64,000 nt of DNA, taken from assembly GCA_964653925.1 (NCBI GenBank), contig CAZZHP010000001.1, positions 16,992 through 80,991 on the forward strand. Direction: 5' to 3'. Origin of the DNA: an uncultured Eubacteriales bacterium (GTDB lineage Bacteria > Bacillota > Clostridia > Oscillospirales > Acutalibacteraceae). Under the pieces are notes generated by a model. The model was not told where the DNA came from. It was given only the letters and a program-made list of their open reading frames with translations, and ran no database searches. Shown here piece after piece: positions 28,501-38,201 of the stretch (positions within the stretch are counted from its first letter, which is position 1; every line of letters begins with the position of its first letter). The position numbers and the translations under genes are program-made.

Positions 28501-29926
28501 TATTGACCTTAATTTTAGCGGTGAGTACCAGTCATCTTCACACAGATATACAGAGCAATTATTTGGTAAAGATAATGTGTTCAAGGCAGGTACTATATCA
28601 ACTGTTGCTGAGAAGACTGCTATAGGCTTTGTTAAGAAATATGCACAAGAAAAAGGTATATTTATGAACAAAGCAGAGGAATCTCGACTCGCAAGAGGTT
28701 GTACAGGAGTAAAAAGGACCACCGGTCAGCACCCTGGTGGAATGGTTGTTGTCCCGAGGGGCAAAGATATATTTGAATTTTGTCCTGTTCAGCACCCTGC
28801 TGATGATACATCATCAAATAATATTACAACTCATTTTGATTTTCACTCTATACATGATACAATATGTAAACTTGATGAACTCGGACACGATGTGCCTACA
28901 ATATATCATTATCTTGAAGAATTTACAGGAATTTCTGTAATGCAGGTATCAATGAGTGACCCACAGGTTATGTCATTGTTTACATCTACCGATGCCTTAG
29001 GTGTTACCCCTGAGGATATAGACTCATTAACAGGTACTTTCTCATTACCGGAGGTAGGTACAACATTTGTAAGGCAAATGCTTATAGATGCACAACCTAA
29101 GAAATTCTCTGATTTGTTGCAAATTTCGGGACTTTCGCACGGTACAGATGTATGGATAGGTAATGCTGCTGATTTAATTGCCAACGGTACTTGTACAATT
29201 TCTGATGTTATTAGTACCCGTGATGGCATTATGACATATCTTATGCACAAAGGTCTTGAACCAAGTATGGCGTTTAAAATAATGGAAATAGTGCGTAAGG
29301 GTAAGTCCACTAAGGAATTAACTGCTGAACATATACAGGCTATGCGTGATAACAATGTACCGCAGTGGTATATTGATTCTTGTATGAAGATTAAATATAT
29401 GTTCCCAAAGGCACACGCTGCTGCATATATGATTTCTACATTAAGGCTTGGCTGGTACAAAGTACATAGACCGGCAGAGTACTATGCTGCATATTTTAGC
29501 GTGCGTGGTGAAGATTTTGACGGTGTTACAGTAATGAAGGGCAGAGATGCAGTAAAGGCAAAAATGCAGATGATAAAAGCGAAAGGCTTTGAGGCTACTG
29601 CAAAAGAAAATTCCGAATATGCTACTTTACAAATTATAAATGAAATGCTTGCAAGAGGAATTGAAATTTTGCCAATAGATATTTATAAATCTGATGCGAA
29701 AAAATTTATTATAGAAGATGGTAAATTAAGATTACCATTTAGCACTATAAGCGGAATAGGTATTAGTGCCGCCGAAAGTCTTGTGGAATTTGCACGCAAC
29801 AATACTTTCCTTTCTATTGAAGATTTACAACAGAAAACAAAAGTAAGTAAAGCGGTATTAGAATCATTAAAAGAAGTTGGGGCATTATCAGAATTGCCTG
29901 ATACTTCTCAAATTTCTTTGTTTTAA
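25538..29926 (+). CDS. polC: DNA polymerase III PolC-type (Gram-positive alpha subunit with 3'-5' exonuclease)
   Basis: 1462 aa. PHP motif VELHLHTNMSMMDG, exonuclease FVCFDIETTGL, zinc module CPHYVCSQCKY...CPNCG and the polymerase core. Confidence 0.97.
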   Translation: MCTLYETFAKYLNNSDALDNIVGKGQVLDITLNRQTRLLYITVKFNDLINRDKLFNIEQVLVDSTLGLTKVVIMPKFPSDKFDVSYISEIILELKRRIATLNGTLKNAEFTINNNTLTITLANGGKALLDAKKFDEALKQIIQEEFSLDFNIRYDGLTEIADDINIYQEKKKNAEQKIIREHNIAVTSENNYDFADSYKRKSQENLTKPTTEEIEIRTQDSLLPQVLLSTAKQLYGKAIKGKPIDINTLSVDTGRSIIWGDVFDIERKVTRSGEKNIITINITDYTNSITVKVFNSIKECSVLDSIKVGSTILVSGETAIDKYMGGELIFNANSISVANKVKVVDNAEKKRVELHLHTNMSMMDGVSQTSALIKRANDWGHKAIAITDHGVAQAFPDAMNTIEGLTKNGSEMKVIYGIEAYFVDDLVESVKGTSTENLGGTFVCFDIETTGLSAKKDKITEIAGVKITNGEVVDTFTTFVNPLMPIPAKIISITGITDDMVKDAPSQVDAVKAFLKFCDNAPVVAHNAQFDISFIKAVCYENNIEFNLTYIDTLNISKEILKDLSKHSLDAIAKYLRFENFNHHRALDDATMLSKIFIDFCCRLKDDYDITSINEINTKIKGGNYKKLPSYHQIILVKNQVGLKNLYKLISLSHLNYFYKKPRILKSELVKYRDGLIIGSACEAGQVFRALIAGKSDSEIKEIAQFYDYLEIQPIGNNRFMLNNPKVANGAYKNEDDLRALNQKIVKLGKDLNKPVVATCDVHFLDPHDSDYRKILMAGQGYSDADNQAPLYLRTTAEMLKEFEYLGEKVAYDVVVENTNKIADIIENIRPIPKGNYPPFIDGAEEQLISITTERTKAKYGDPLPKYVQERLDKELNSITTYGYSVLYMTAQKLVADSEAHGYLVGSRGSVGSSFVATMSGISEVNPLCPHYVCSQCKYSEFIEDGSVGSGFDLPPKKCPNCGTDLDRDGHEIPFETFLGFKGDKVPDIDLNFSGEYQSSSHRYTEQLFGKDNVFKAGTISTVAEKTAIGFVKKYAQEKGIFMNKAEESRLARGCTGVKRTTGQHPGGMVVVPRGKDIFEFCPVQHPADDTSSNNITTHFDFHSIHDTICKLDELGHDVPTIYHYLEEFTGISVMQVSMSDPQVMSLFTSTDALGVTPEDIDSLTGTFSLPEVGTTFVRQMLIDAQPKKFSDLLQISGLSHGTDVWIGNAADLIANGTCTISDVISTRDGIMTYLMHKGLEPSMAFKIMEIVRKGKSTKELTAEHIQAMRDNNVPQWYIDSCMKIKYMFPKAHAAAYMISTLRLGWYKVHRPAEYYAAYFSVRGEDFDGVTVMKGRDAVKAKMQMIKAKGFEATAKENSEYATLQIINEMLARGIEILPIDIYKSDAKKFIIEDGKLRLPFSTISGIGISAAESLVEFARNNTFLSIEDLQQKTKVSKAVLESLKEVGALSELPDTSQISLF

Positions 29927-29944
29927 AGTAAGGGAGTTGATGAT

Positions 29945-31141
29945 ATGAAGGGGAAAAACTTTAAAAATGTAATTCTTTGGATAACCTACACAGTATTTTT
30001 ATTGTTTTTAATGCTTAATTTTAAGACTGTATGGTCTATATTTTGTGATACTATATCTATACTTAGGCCAATTTTGTATGGTTTTGTATTGGCATATTTA
30101 CTAAATCTACCGTTTAACATTTTTAAAAACAAGTTATTTAAAAACTTAGGTAACAAATGTAAACCATTAGAAAAATTAAAAACGCCCCTATCTATTATCT
30201 TATCCTACATACTTTTCGCTGGTTTTGTTACCGGCTTAGTTGCTGTATTAATTCCTGCTCTAACACAAAGTGCAGAGATACTTGTGGACAGTTTACCGGT
30301 TTATATTGCACAGGTGGAAGATAAACTTGACGAGCTTGTAGATTATATTTATATTAATTATAATATTAACTTTAACGAGGGCAAAACTATCGAATTATAT
30401 ACGGATAAATTACTAAGTCTAATTAGTAGTGATAATATTTCTAAATTGATAGATACTATAACAGGCAATATATTCCCCGCTGCTATAACTACTGTTAAAT
30501 TTCTTGCTTTGGAAGTCTATAATTGGATCGTTGCAATTATTATATCAATATATCTATTATTAAGTAAGGATAAACTTATATCACAACTCAAAAAGATTGT
30601 AACAGCTTACTTTAAACCTAATGATAAGGATAAAATATTTAAGGTTGCACACTTGATGAATAATAAATGCGGTAAATTTATAGTAGGTAAGATTATAGAT
30701 TCACTTGCAGTCGGTATACTTTGTTTTATCGGAATGAGCATATTAAAATTTGACTATGCTTTGCTTATTAGTTTTGTAATAGGTATTGCAAATATTATTC
30801 CTTTCTTTGGTCCGTTTATAGGTGCTATCCCATCTGCGTTTTTGTTATTAATTATAAATCCTATTCAATGCTTCTGGTTTGTAATATTTATTCTTATTTT
30901 ACAACAGATTGATGGACATATTTTAGAGCCGTTAATATTAGGCGACCAAATAGGACTATCAGGCTTTTGGATAATATTCTGCGTTATACTTGGTGGCGGA
31001 CTTTTCGGCATAGTAGGAATGTTATTGGGTGTACCGGTTTTTGCTGTTATTTATTCTTTAGTTGGTGAAAATGTAAATAACAAAATAAACAAAAATCAAG
31101 TGCAAAATATTACAGATACAAAAAATAATGATGAAAATTAA
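29945..31141 (+). CDS. AI-2E family transporter (YtvI/PerM-like)
   Basis: Multi-TM protein with GIANIIPFFGPFIGAIPSAFLLL and DGHILEPLILG. AAGGGAG SD. Confidence 0.8.
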   Translation: MKGKNFKNVILWITYTVFLLFLMLNFKTVWSIFCDTISILRPILYGFVLAYLLNLPFNIFKNKLFKNLGNKCKPLEKLKTPLSIILSYILFAGFVTGLVAVLIPALTQSAEILVDSLPVYIAQVEDKLDELVDYIYINYNINFNEGKTIELYTDKLLSLISSDNISKLIDTITGNIFPAAITTVKFLALEVYNWIVAIIISIYLLLSKDKLISQLKKIVTAYFKPNDKDKIFKVAHLMNNKCGKFIVGKIIDSLAVGILCFIGMSILKFDYALLISFVIGIANIIPFFGPFIGAIPSAFLLLIINPIQCFWFVIFILILQQIDGHILEPLILGDQIGLSGFWIIFCVILGGGLFGIVGMLLGVPVFAVIYSLVGENVNNKINKNQVQNITDTKNNDEN

Positions 31142-31173
31142 ATAAAGATACAAAATAGGGAAGAGGTATATTT

Positions 31174-31701
31174 ATGAAACAATCAACAAAATTATCAAAA
31201 ATATTAGCATTATTAGTTGTGTTTACGCTCCTTATTTCAACATTAGCAGGTTGTGGTAATGTTACCCCTCAGGAATTTAATGTTGATGAGATGAACATAA
31301 CATTGGACACTAATTTTACTCAGGAAGAGTTAGACAATGCTACTGCTTGTTTTAAGAGTCTTGGTGTGTTAGTTATTGTAGAAAAATTCAGTTTCAATGA
31401 TTTAGAAAAAGATGGTATAACAGCTGACTCATCTATCGAAGATTTTTCAGAATTTCTTATTAAAGATTACGCTTTAGAAAGTTTTAATTTAGCGTTTGAT
31501 GTTAGCGAAAACGGTAATTATTTATTTGCTGATTATACCAAAAATGTCGAGGGTGAAGCTTATACTTTCTATCCTTGCCTATATAAGTCTAATGATAATT
31601 TCTGGATATTAAACTTCTGCTGCTTAGAGAGCTACTACTCTGTATATCAAGAAGATTTTAAAACATGGGCAAATTCTGTCTATATGACACCTATTAAATA
31701 A
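31174..31701 (+). CDS. hypothetical lipoprotein
   Basis: Signal peptide plus lipobox LAGCGN. No other motif recognised. Confidence 0.6.
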   Translation: MKQSTKLSKILALLVVFTLLISTLAGCGNVTPQEFNVDEMNITLDTNFTQEELDNATACFKSLGVLVIVEKFSFNDLEKDGITADSSIEDFSEFLIKDYALESFNLAFDVSENGNYLFADYTKNVEGEAYTFYPCLYKSNDNFWILNFCCLESYYSVYQEDFKTWANSVYMTPIK

Positions 31702-31708
31702 AATATAT

Positions 31709-31740
31709 AAAACGGGACATAACTGTTCCGTTTTATTACT
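31709..31740 (+). terminator. intrinsic terminator
   Basis: AAAACGGGAC-ATAACT-GTTCCGTTTT gives a 10-bp stem with one G-U, running into TTTTATT. Confidence 0.6.
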
Positions 31741-31832
31741 ATACAAATAAACCTTTTTTACTTAAAAACAATAATAATTTTAATTGTAATTAAATATAAT
31801 AGTATAACACAAAGGTTAAGGAGTGTTATGCT

Positions 31833-32549
31833 ATGTCAAGACAAAATTTTATTATAAACTGTTCGATATTTCTTTTTTTATCAATTATGGTATTGGGTAC
31901 TGTTTTTAGCAATTCGATACATAATACATCAGATGTATTTAGTAACAACCACAGTAACATAGGTACTATTATAATTGATGCTGGACACGGTGGAGAAGAT
32001 GGTGGTGCAGAAGCACCCGACGGTACACTTGAAAAGGATATAAACCTTAAAATTGCTCTAAAACTTAAAACTATGCTACTGCAAAGTGGCTTTAATGTAA
32101 AGACTATTAGGGATACAGATATATCTGTATGTGATAATCTATCTACTGTTAAAGAAAGAAAAACATCGGATTTGAAAAACAGATTAAATATATTTAACGA
32201 AAATCAAAATAATGTAGTGTTAAGTATACACCAAAATAAATTTGAACAAAGCAAATATTATGGTTCACAGATATTTTATTCTCCGAACAATTCTGAAAGT
32301 TCAGAATTAGCCGAAAATGTAAGAACATCTATAGTATCATTATTACAACCGGATAACACCCGTCAAAACAAATCAGCAGGAAGTAATATTTATGTATTGA
32401 ATAAAGCCACCGTTCCTGCTATAATAGTAGAGTGTGGTTTCCTGTCAAATCAAGAAGAATTGGCGAAGTTAAAAACAGATGAATACCAACAAGAAATAGC
32501 TTTCGCTATATATACAGGTTTTGTCCAATATTATGCAAATAATAGATAA
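31833..32549 (+). CDS. cwlD: N-acetylmuramoyl-L-alanine amidase, CwlD-like (germination-specific)
   Basis: N-terminal TM, IIIDAGHGGEDGGA, SIHQN and ECGFLSN (Amidase_3). Its 238-aa size is typical of CwlD. AAGGAG SD with 9-nt spacing. Confidence 0.8.
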   Translation: MSRQNFIINCSIFLFLSIMVLGTVFSNSIHNTSDVFSNNHSNIGTIIIDAGHGGEDGGAEAPDGTLEKDINLKIALKLKTMLLQSGFNVKTIRDTDISVCDNLSTVKERKTSDLKNRLNIFNENQNNVVLSIHQNKFEQSKYYGSQIFYSPNNSESSELAENVRTSIVSLLQPDNTRQNKSAGSNIYVLNKATVPAIIVECGFLSNQEELAKLKTDEYQQEIAFAIYTGFVQYYANNR

Positions 32550-32555
32550 TAGGAA

Positions 32556-33935
32556 GTGAAAATATTGCCTACTAACAAGTCAAAGATAGTTTTTGTGTGC
32601 AACGAATGTGGTTACGAATCTCCAAAATGGAATGGTAAATGTCCTTCCTGTGGAGAATGGAACACCATGAACGAGGAGATTAAAAATACTAATAATCAAA
32701 TCACAATACAAAAAAAACCATCTAATTATGCAAAGCCCGTTTTGATGAATGAAATATCAACAAACGATGAAGAAAGATACAAGACCGGTAAATCGGAACT
32801 TGATAGGGTGCTTGGTGGTGGCATAGTTAAGGGTAGTCTTGTTTTGCTTGGCGGCGACCCTGGTATTGGTAAATCAACTATCCTATTGCAGATATGTCAA
32901 AATCTTGGCGATTTTCTAAAAATCTTATATATATCCGGTGAGGAGTCTAAGCGTCAACTAAAATTGCGCGCAACAAGACTTGGTGTAGATAGCCAAAATA
33001 TTTATGTTATGGCAGAAACTGATATAGAGATAGTCTGCGAACATATAACACAAGAAAAACCTGACTTAGTTATGATTGACTCTATTCAAACTATGAATTT
33101 AACCTCGCTCTCATCATCTGCCGGAAGTGTAACTCAGGTTAGGGAATGTACTAACTTGCTTATGCGTACTGCCAAAGTACACGATATACCGGTAATAATT
33201 GTCGGCCATGTTAATAAAGAAGGTTCTATCGCAGGCCCAAAGGTATTAGAACATATAGTAGATGCAGTATTATATTTTGAGGGTGATAGGCAAATGTCCT
33301 ATAGAATACTTCGTGCTGTTAAAAATAGATATGGTTCTACTAACGAAATTGGCGTATTTCAAATGACTGATAAAGGACTTGAAGAAGTAGAAAACCCATC
33401 ATTGATGCTTTTAAACGGAAGGCCAAAAAATGTTTCGGGGACTTGTGTTGCCTGTACTATGGAGGGTACTCGGCCTATTTTGGCAGAAATTCAAGCATTA
33501 GCAACAAGTTCCGGCTACGGTAACCCACGAAGAATGTCAACAGGGTTTGATTATAATAGAGTTTCCTTGCTTCTTGCAGTATTAGAAAAGCGAGCAGGAT
33601 ATTATTTTTCAAACACAGATACCTATGTAAATGTTGTTGGCGGTTTAAGGCTTGATGAAACTGCCGTTGATTTGGCTGTTACAATGGCTCTGATTAGCAG
33701 TTTAAAGGATATCCCAATTCCCGAGAATGCTGTTGCCTTTGGCGAAATAGGCTTAGCAGGGGAGATACGCTCTGTATCACAGGCACAAGCACGGGTAAAT
33801 GAGGCAATTAGGCTTGGCTTTAAAAATATTGTTGTACCATATCACAATATGTCAAATATAACAGTTGCCCAACCAGATGTAAAGATAACGGGAGTTACAA
33901 ACATACGACAAGCATTCGAAGTGCTTACTAATTAA
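32556..33935 (+). CDS. radA: DNA repair protein RadA/Sms
   Basis: Zinc finger CNECGYESPKWNGKCPSCGEW, Walker A GGDPGIGKST, KNRYG and a Lon-like C-terminal domain. Confidence 0.95.
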   Translation: MKILPTNKSKIVFVCNECGYESPKWNGKCPSCGEWNTMNEEIKNTNNQITIQKKPSNYAKPVLMNEISTNDEERYKTGKSELDRVLGGGIVKGSLVLLGGDPGIGKSTILLQICQNLGDFLKILYISGEESKRQLKLRATRLGVDSQNIYVMAETDIEIVCEHITQEKPDLVMIDSIQTMNLTSLSSSAGSVTQVRECTNLLMRTAKVHDIPVIIVGHVNKEGSIAGPKVLEHIVDAVLYFEGDRQMSYRILRAVKNRYGSTNEIGVFQMTDKGLEEVENPSLMLLNGRPKNVSGTCVACTMEGTRPILAEIQALATSSGYGNPRRMSTGFDYNRVSLLLAVLEKRAGYYFSNTDTYVNVVGGLRLDETAVDLAVTMALISSLKDIPIPENAVAFGEIGLAGEIRSVSQAQARVNEAIRLGFKNIVVPYHNMSNITVAQPDVKITGVTNIRQAFEVLTN

Positions 33936-33938
33936 ATT

Positions 33939-34667
33939 ATGAAACCAAACTTACCAAATAAAAAAGTTAAAACTGTTGTATTATCAAATATAAATCAAGA
34001 GATTGTCAGCAATATACAAGGCTATGGTATAAAAACTATCTTTACAGATAAAATAAATAGCCTTTTACCGTTTGAACAAACCCACGCAGATATGCAATTT
34101 TTGCCTATTAATAATACAACCGTAGCGGTTTTAGATAATGCTTACAAATTAATAGAAAATACCTTAAAGTTATACAAAACTTTTTTGAAAATTTCCTTAA
34201 ATCGTGATATTTCTTATCCGAACAATGTTATTTTAAATCATACAATATTAAACAATAATGTAATATGTTTAAGAAAAAATATCCCGACAAAACTCTTAGA
34301 GGTTTATGACGCTAATAACTTTAAAATAATAGATACTAAACAAGGCTATTCAAAATGTTCTATATGTGTTGTTTCTGATAACGCTGTAATTACATCTGAT
34401 AGTTCTATATATAACGCTTGCATAAAAAATAAATTAGATGTACTAAAGATTACAAAAGGACAGATTATACTTCAAGGAACAGATTATGGCTTTATTGGAG
34501 GTTGTTCAGGTAAACTTGATAAAGACTGTTTAGCATTTACAGGTAATATTAAATTGCATAGCGATTATGATAATATTAAGGCTTTTTGCGGTAATTATGG
34601 AGTAAATCTATTAAGCCTAAGTAATGGTGACTTAATTGATATAGGCTCGATAATACCTGTATCATAA
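33939..34667 (+). CDS. hypothetical protein, possibly DUF6873-type GME (guanidino-group modifying enzyme) fold
   Basis: 242 aa, starting 3 nt after radA. Motifs THADMQF, QGYSKCS and DYGFIGGCSG resemble my memory of DUF6873 proteins. Not verified. Confidence 0.45.
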   Translation: MKPNLPNKKVKTVVLSNINQEIVSNIQGYGIKTIFTDKINSLLPFEQTHADMQFLPINNTTVAVLDNAYKLIENTLKLYKTFLKISLNRDISYPNNVILNHTILNNNVICLRKNIPTKLLEVYDANNFKIIDTKQGYSKCSICVVSDNAVITSDSSIYNACIKNKLDVLKITKGQIILQGTDYGFIGGCSGKLDKDCLAFTGNIKLHSDYDNIKAFCGNYGVNLLSLSNGDLIDIGSIIPVS

Positions 34668-34746
34668 AATATTGTATAACCTCTTCTCGATTTTATACAA
34701 AATCTTGATTTTGTATAATTTGTTTTTAAAATTAAGGAGTGATAAT

Positions 34747-35733
34747 ATGGCGATTGACTTTAATACAGAAGCCTCCCCAATTGTAAAGCGGTACCTAAAT
34801 TACTTGCAAACAATCAAGGGCAAATCTGCAAAAACAGTAGACGAGTATTTTTCTGACTTGCGGACTTTTTTTAGATTTATAAAAAAACAACGGGGACTTG
34901 TCGATAAAAATACAGATTTAAAAAAAGTATCGGTTGATGATGTAGACTTAGATTTAATAAAGAGTATTACTTTGACTGATGCGTACGAATTTATGAACTA
35001 TGCCCTACGGGAACGCTCAAACTCAAATACTACACGAGCAAGAAAAGTTTCGAGCCTAAAATCATTTTTTAATTATTTAACAGTTAAGGAACATTTACTA
35101 ACTGTTGACCCTATAAAGGAACTTGAAGTTCCCAAAAAGAAAAAATCAATACCTAAGTACCTTACATTAGAGCAGAGTTTAGAACTTCTCAATGCCATTG
35201 ATGGCCCTCACAAGGAACGAGATTTTTGTATTGTGACGCTTTTTTTAAATTGCGGACTTCGTTTATCCGAACTTGTCGGTTTAAATTTTAGTGATATTCG
35301 TACAGATAACACTATGCGTATATTAGGTAAAGGCAACAAAGAACGGGTCATTTATCTAAATTCAAGTTGTATTGAGGCTATTAACGAATATAAAAAGGTT
35401 CGACCTGTTGATAATGTAAAGGACAGAAATGCTCTATTTTTAAGTAATCAATTAAAAAGAATGAGTCCAAAAACAGTGCAGGCACTTGTATATAAATATT
35501 TAGAAAAAATCGGCTTGAACTCACAAGGGTATTCCTGCCATAAGTTAAGGCACACCGCTGCTACACTTATGTACCAGCATGGTAATGTAGACGTTCGTGC
35601 GTTACAAGAGATTTTAGGACACGAGAATTTAGGCACAACAGAAATATATACCCATATATCAAATACCCAAGTTGAACGGGCAATTAACTCTAACCCACTG
35701 AATAAAGTAAAATTAAAAGAAAAAAAGATATAA
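34747..35733 (+). CDS. tyrosine-type site-specific recombinase, XerC/XerD family
   Basis: ATG 34747 follows AAGGAG. N-terminal SAM-like core-binding domain. Catalytic region GLRLSEL...HKLRHTAAT...LGHENLGTTEIYTH. Confidence 0.85.
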   Translation: MAIDFNTEASPIVKRYLNYLQTIKGKSAKTVDEYFSDLRTFFRFIKKQRGLVDKNTDLKKVSVDDVDLDLIKSITLTDAYEFMNYALRERSNSNTTRARKVSSLKSFFNYLTVKEHLLTVDPIKELEVPKKKKSIPKYLTLEQSLELLNAIDGPHKERDFCIVTLFLNCGLRLSELVGLNFSDIRTDNTMRILGKGNKERVIYLNSSCIEAINEYKKVRPVDNVKDRNALFLSNQLKRMSPKTVQALVYKYLEKIGLNSQGYSCHKLRHTAATLMYQHGNVDVRALQEILGHENLGTTEIYTHISNTQVERAINSNPLNKVKLKEKKI

Positions 35734-35734
35734 A

Positions 35735-35776
35735 AAACAAAAACAACCTTAAAAAATTTCAAGGTTGTTTTTGTTT
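35735..35776. terminator. bidirectional terminator at the convergent xer / clpC-like junction
   Basis: AAACAAAAACAACCTT (35735-35750) pairs with AAGGTTGTTTTTGTTT (35761-35776), a perfect 16-bp stem with a 10-nt loop. Confidence 0.7.
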
Positions 35777-35798
35777 AATGATGTTTAATAAAAAATAA

Positions 35799-38177
35799 TC
35801 AAATTGTTTCAATATAGATTTCGCCTGAGTTATTAACGGCTGTATGAATTCCTGTAATCGAATTGATCCCCCTGTTTATAATCTCCTCTGTTATTTTATC
35901 TTCTACTTGTTTGCGTATTATATTACGCAAATCTCTCGCACCGCATTTGCCATCTTCGGCTTGTTTAGCAATAACTTCACAAACAGAATTATCAAAGGTA
36001 AATCTTACTCCTTTTTCTGCAAGTGTTTCGACATATTCATTAAGCATAAGCTTGGATATCTGTGTTAAATCAGTTTGTTTTAGATTACGGAATGTGATAA
36101 TCTCATCTACACGGGCAATAAATTCCGGTCGCAAAAAATCTCTAAGTGCTTTCATAGTACGCTCTTTTGTAGCGTCTTCTTGAGTTTTTCCAAAACCAAG
36201 TGCATTCTCCTTGCGTTCCGAACCTGCGTTTGATGTCATAATAATGACTGTATTTTTAAAGTCAACTACTCTCCCCTGTGCATCTGTAACTTTGCCCTCA
36301 TCTAATATTTGCAATAGGATATTTAGTACATCTGGGTGGGCCTTTTCTATTTCATCAAATAAAAGTACAGAATACGGCCTACGGCGTACTTTCTCTGTAA
36401 CTTGACCTGCCTCGTCATAACCAACATATCCAGGGGGTGAACCGATGATTTTAGAGACTGAGTGTTTCTCCATATATTCGCTCATATCAAGCCTAATGAG
36501 TGTTTCAGGTGTATCAAATAAAGCCTGTGATAATACCTTTACAAGTTCTGTCTTACCTACACCTGTCGGACCTACAAATATAAATGATGCCGGCCGTCTG
36601 CGTGGTGAAATTTGGACTCTGCTACGCTTTATAGCTGATGACACCGCCTCAACAGCCTCATCTTGACCTATAATTTTTTGTTTAAGTTGTGTTTCAAGGT
36701 CAGAGAGTTTGGACAATTCATCTTCTTTAATTCTTGAAGATGGTATTCCGGTCCACAACTCAATAACATTTGCAATATCTTCCTCAGTTAAATATGTGAT
36801 TATTTTATCAGGAGTATATACAGATAACTTTTGCTCAACTTGTGCAAGTTCGCTCTGGACATTTGCAAGTTGCTCGTAATTAACATTTTCAGCTGTTATT
36901 AATTTCTCACGGTTTAAATCAAGATTTTGCTTTTGTTCAGTTAACTTTTCAAAGTCTTCCCTATCCTTATTGCGAAGTGACGCACAGGCACAAGATTCAT
37001 CGAGCAAATCAATCGCTTTATCCGGCAAAAATCTATCAGTGATATATCTTTCGCTCAAAACAACTATTTTGCGTACAATAGAATCAGAGACACTAACATT
37101 ATGATGGTTCTCATAATAATTTTTAATACCTAATATTACATCAATAGTATCCTGTATTGATGGTTCGCCAATTTTAACAGGTTGAAATCTGCGTTCAAGT
37201 GCAGAGTCTTTTTCTATATGTTTTCTGTATTCGTTAAAAGTGGTCGCACCAATAACCTGTAATTCGCCCCTCGATAGTGCTGGCTTTAAAATATTAGCAG
37301 CATTCATAGAGCCGTCACTATCACCGGAAGTACCTACGAGATTATGTATCTCATCAATAAAAAGGATAATATTTCCAGCTTCTTTTATTTCTTGTGTAAG
37401 ACCTTTTATCCTGCTTTCAAATTGTCCTCTGAATTGAGTTCCTGCTATAAGTGCAGTCAGGTCAAGAAGTTGAATTTCTTTATTTTTAAGCCGTTGTGGA
37501 ACATTCCCCTCTGCTATACGCAACGCAAGTGCCTCGGCAATAGCGGTTTTACCAACGCCAGGTTCACCAATAAGACAAGGGTTATTTTTGCTACGCCTTG
37601 AAAGAATTTGAATAACTCGCTCTATTTCTTTATCTCTACCTATAATTCTATCTAACTTGCCCTCACGAGCCTTACGGGTTAAATCTTCGCAATATATGTT
37701 TATATTCTTGCGATTTTTGTTAGGTTTATCCTTCTTTTTATCTTTGTCGTTTTCACAATCGGAATTATTGCCACCTTTATTAGTGTTTTCGTTAGGTTGA
37801 TTATTTCCACCAAAAATATTACTTAAAAAGTTAGGAAAGGCCGCTGCCCCACCTGCCTTGAATGGACTTGGATTATCATCATCACAATCATCTCCATTAC
37901 TATCCATATCAGCAAACATGTTTGCCTCACCAAGAGATTTCATCAGTTCATTCATATCACAATTTTCGCCTAATTCTGACATTACGCTATCCATTTGGTT
38001 TTGAACATTTTCAAGTTCTTCATCACCTAAGCCCATATTTTTGAGCATATCGTTAACAGGTTTTAGACCTAAATCTTTTGCACACATTAAACAATAACCT
38101 TTTGGTGTTGTATCGTTTATATTTCCTGATGAAAGAAAAACAACAGCAGGACGCTTTCCGCATTTTAAACAAAGCAT
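35799..38177 (-). CDS. ClpC-type double-AAA+ Clp ATPase with N-terminal zinc ribbon in place of Clp_N repeats
   Basis: Walker A motifs [15 protein letters not shown] and [15 protein letters not shown]. Short coiled-coil M-domain. ALGFGK loop (ClpP-docking type). N-terminus [10 protein letters not shown]...[10 protein letters not shown]. Confidence 0.85.
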   Translation of the reverse strand: MLCLKCGKRPAVVFLSSGNINDTTPKGYCLMCAKDLGLKPVNDMLKNMGLGDEELENVQNQMDSVMSELGENCDMNELMKSLGEANMFADMDSNGDDCDDDNPSPFKAGGAAAFPNFLSNIFGGNNQPNENTNKGGNNSDCENDKDKKKDKPNKNRKNINIYCEDLTRKAREGKLDRIIGRDKEIERVIQILSRRSKNNPCLIGEPGVGKTAIAEALALRIAEGNVPQRLKNKEIQLLDLTALIAGTQFRGQFESRIKGLTQEIKEAGNIILFIDEIHNLVGTSGDSDGSMNAANILKPALSRGELQVIGATTFNEYRKHIEKDSALERRFQPVKIGEPSIQDTIDVILGIKNYYENHHNVSVSDSIVRKIVVLSERYITDRFLPDKAIDLLDESCACASLRNKDREDFEKLTEQKQNLDLNREKLITAENVNYEQLANVQSELAQVEQKLSVYTPDKIITYLTEEDIANVIELWTGIPSSRIKEDELSKLSDLETQLKQKIIGQDEAVEAVSSAIKRSRVQISPRRRPASFIFVGPTGVGKTELVKVLSQALFDTPETLIRLDMSEYMEKHSVSKIIGSPPGYVGYDEAGQVTEKVRRRPYSVLLFDEIEKAHPDVLNILLQILDEGKVTDAQGRVVDFKNTVIIMTSNAGSERKENALGFGKTQEDATKERTMKALRDFLRPEFIARVDEIITFRNLKQTDLTQISKLMLNEYVETLAEKGVRFTFDNSVCEVIAKQAEDGKCGARDLRNIIRKQVEDKITEEIINRGINSITGIHTAVNNSGEIYIETI

Positions 38178-38201
38178 TAGTATTCTCCTTTTGGGGTAAT
38201 T

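Noticed and set aside
28845-28872. A dif-like 28-mer (ACTCTATACATGATACAATATGTAAACT) whose right arm resembles the Firmicute dif arm TTATGTAAACT. It was noticed because a Xer recombinase gene is in the window.
   Set aside because: It lies inside the polC coding sequence, and the left arm matches only about 6 of 11 positions of the Bacillus dif consensus. Most likely chance.
28909-29460. A 183-aa antisense ORF inside polC. Similar long antisense ORFs occur at 58225-58833, 38961-39491, 25025-25471, 5590-6051, 15557-15964 and 45517-45957.
   Set aside because: All lie fully inside strongly supported genes on the opposite strand. They have no SD and no recognisable motifs, and show Ser/Leu/Ile-rich shadow-frame composition.
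34747-35733. The tyrosine recombinase as a marker of an integrated mobile element.
   Set aside because: There are no flanking direct or inverted repeats, no tRNA target and no phage, ICE or transposon genes nearby. The sequence looks like a chromosomal XerC/XerD-type enzyme.
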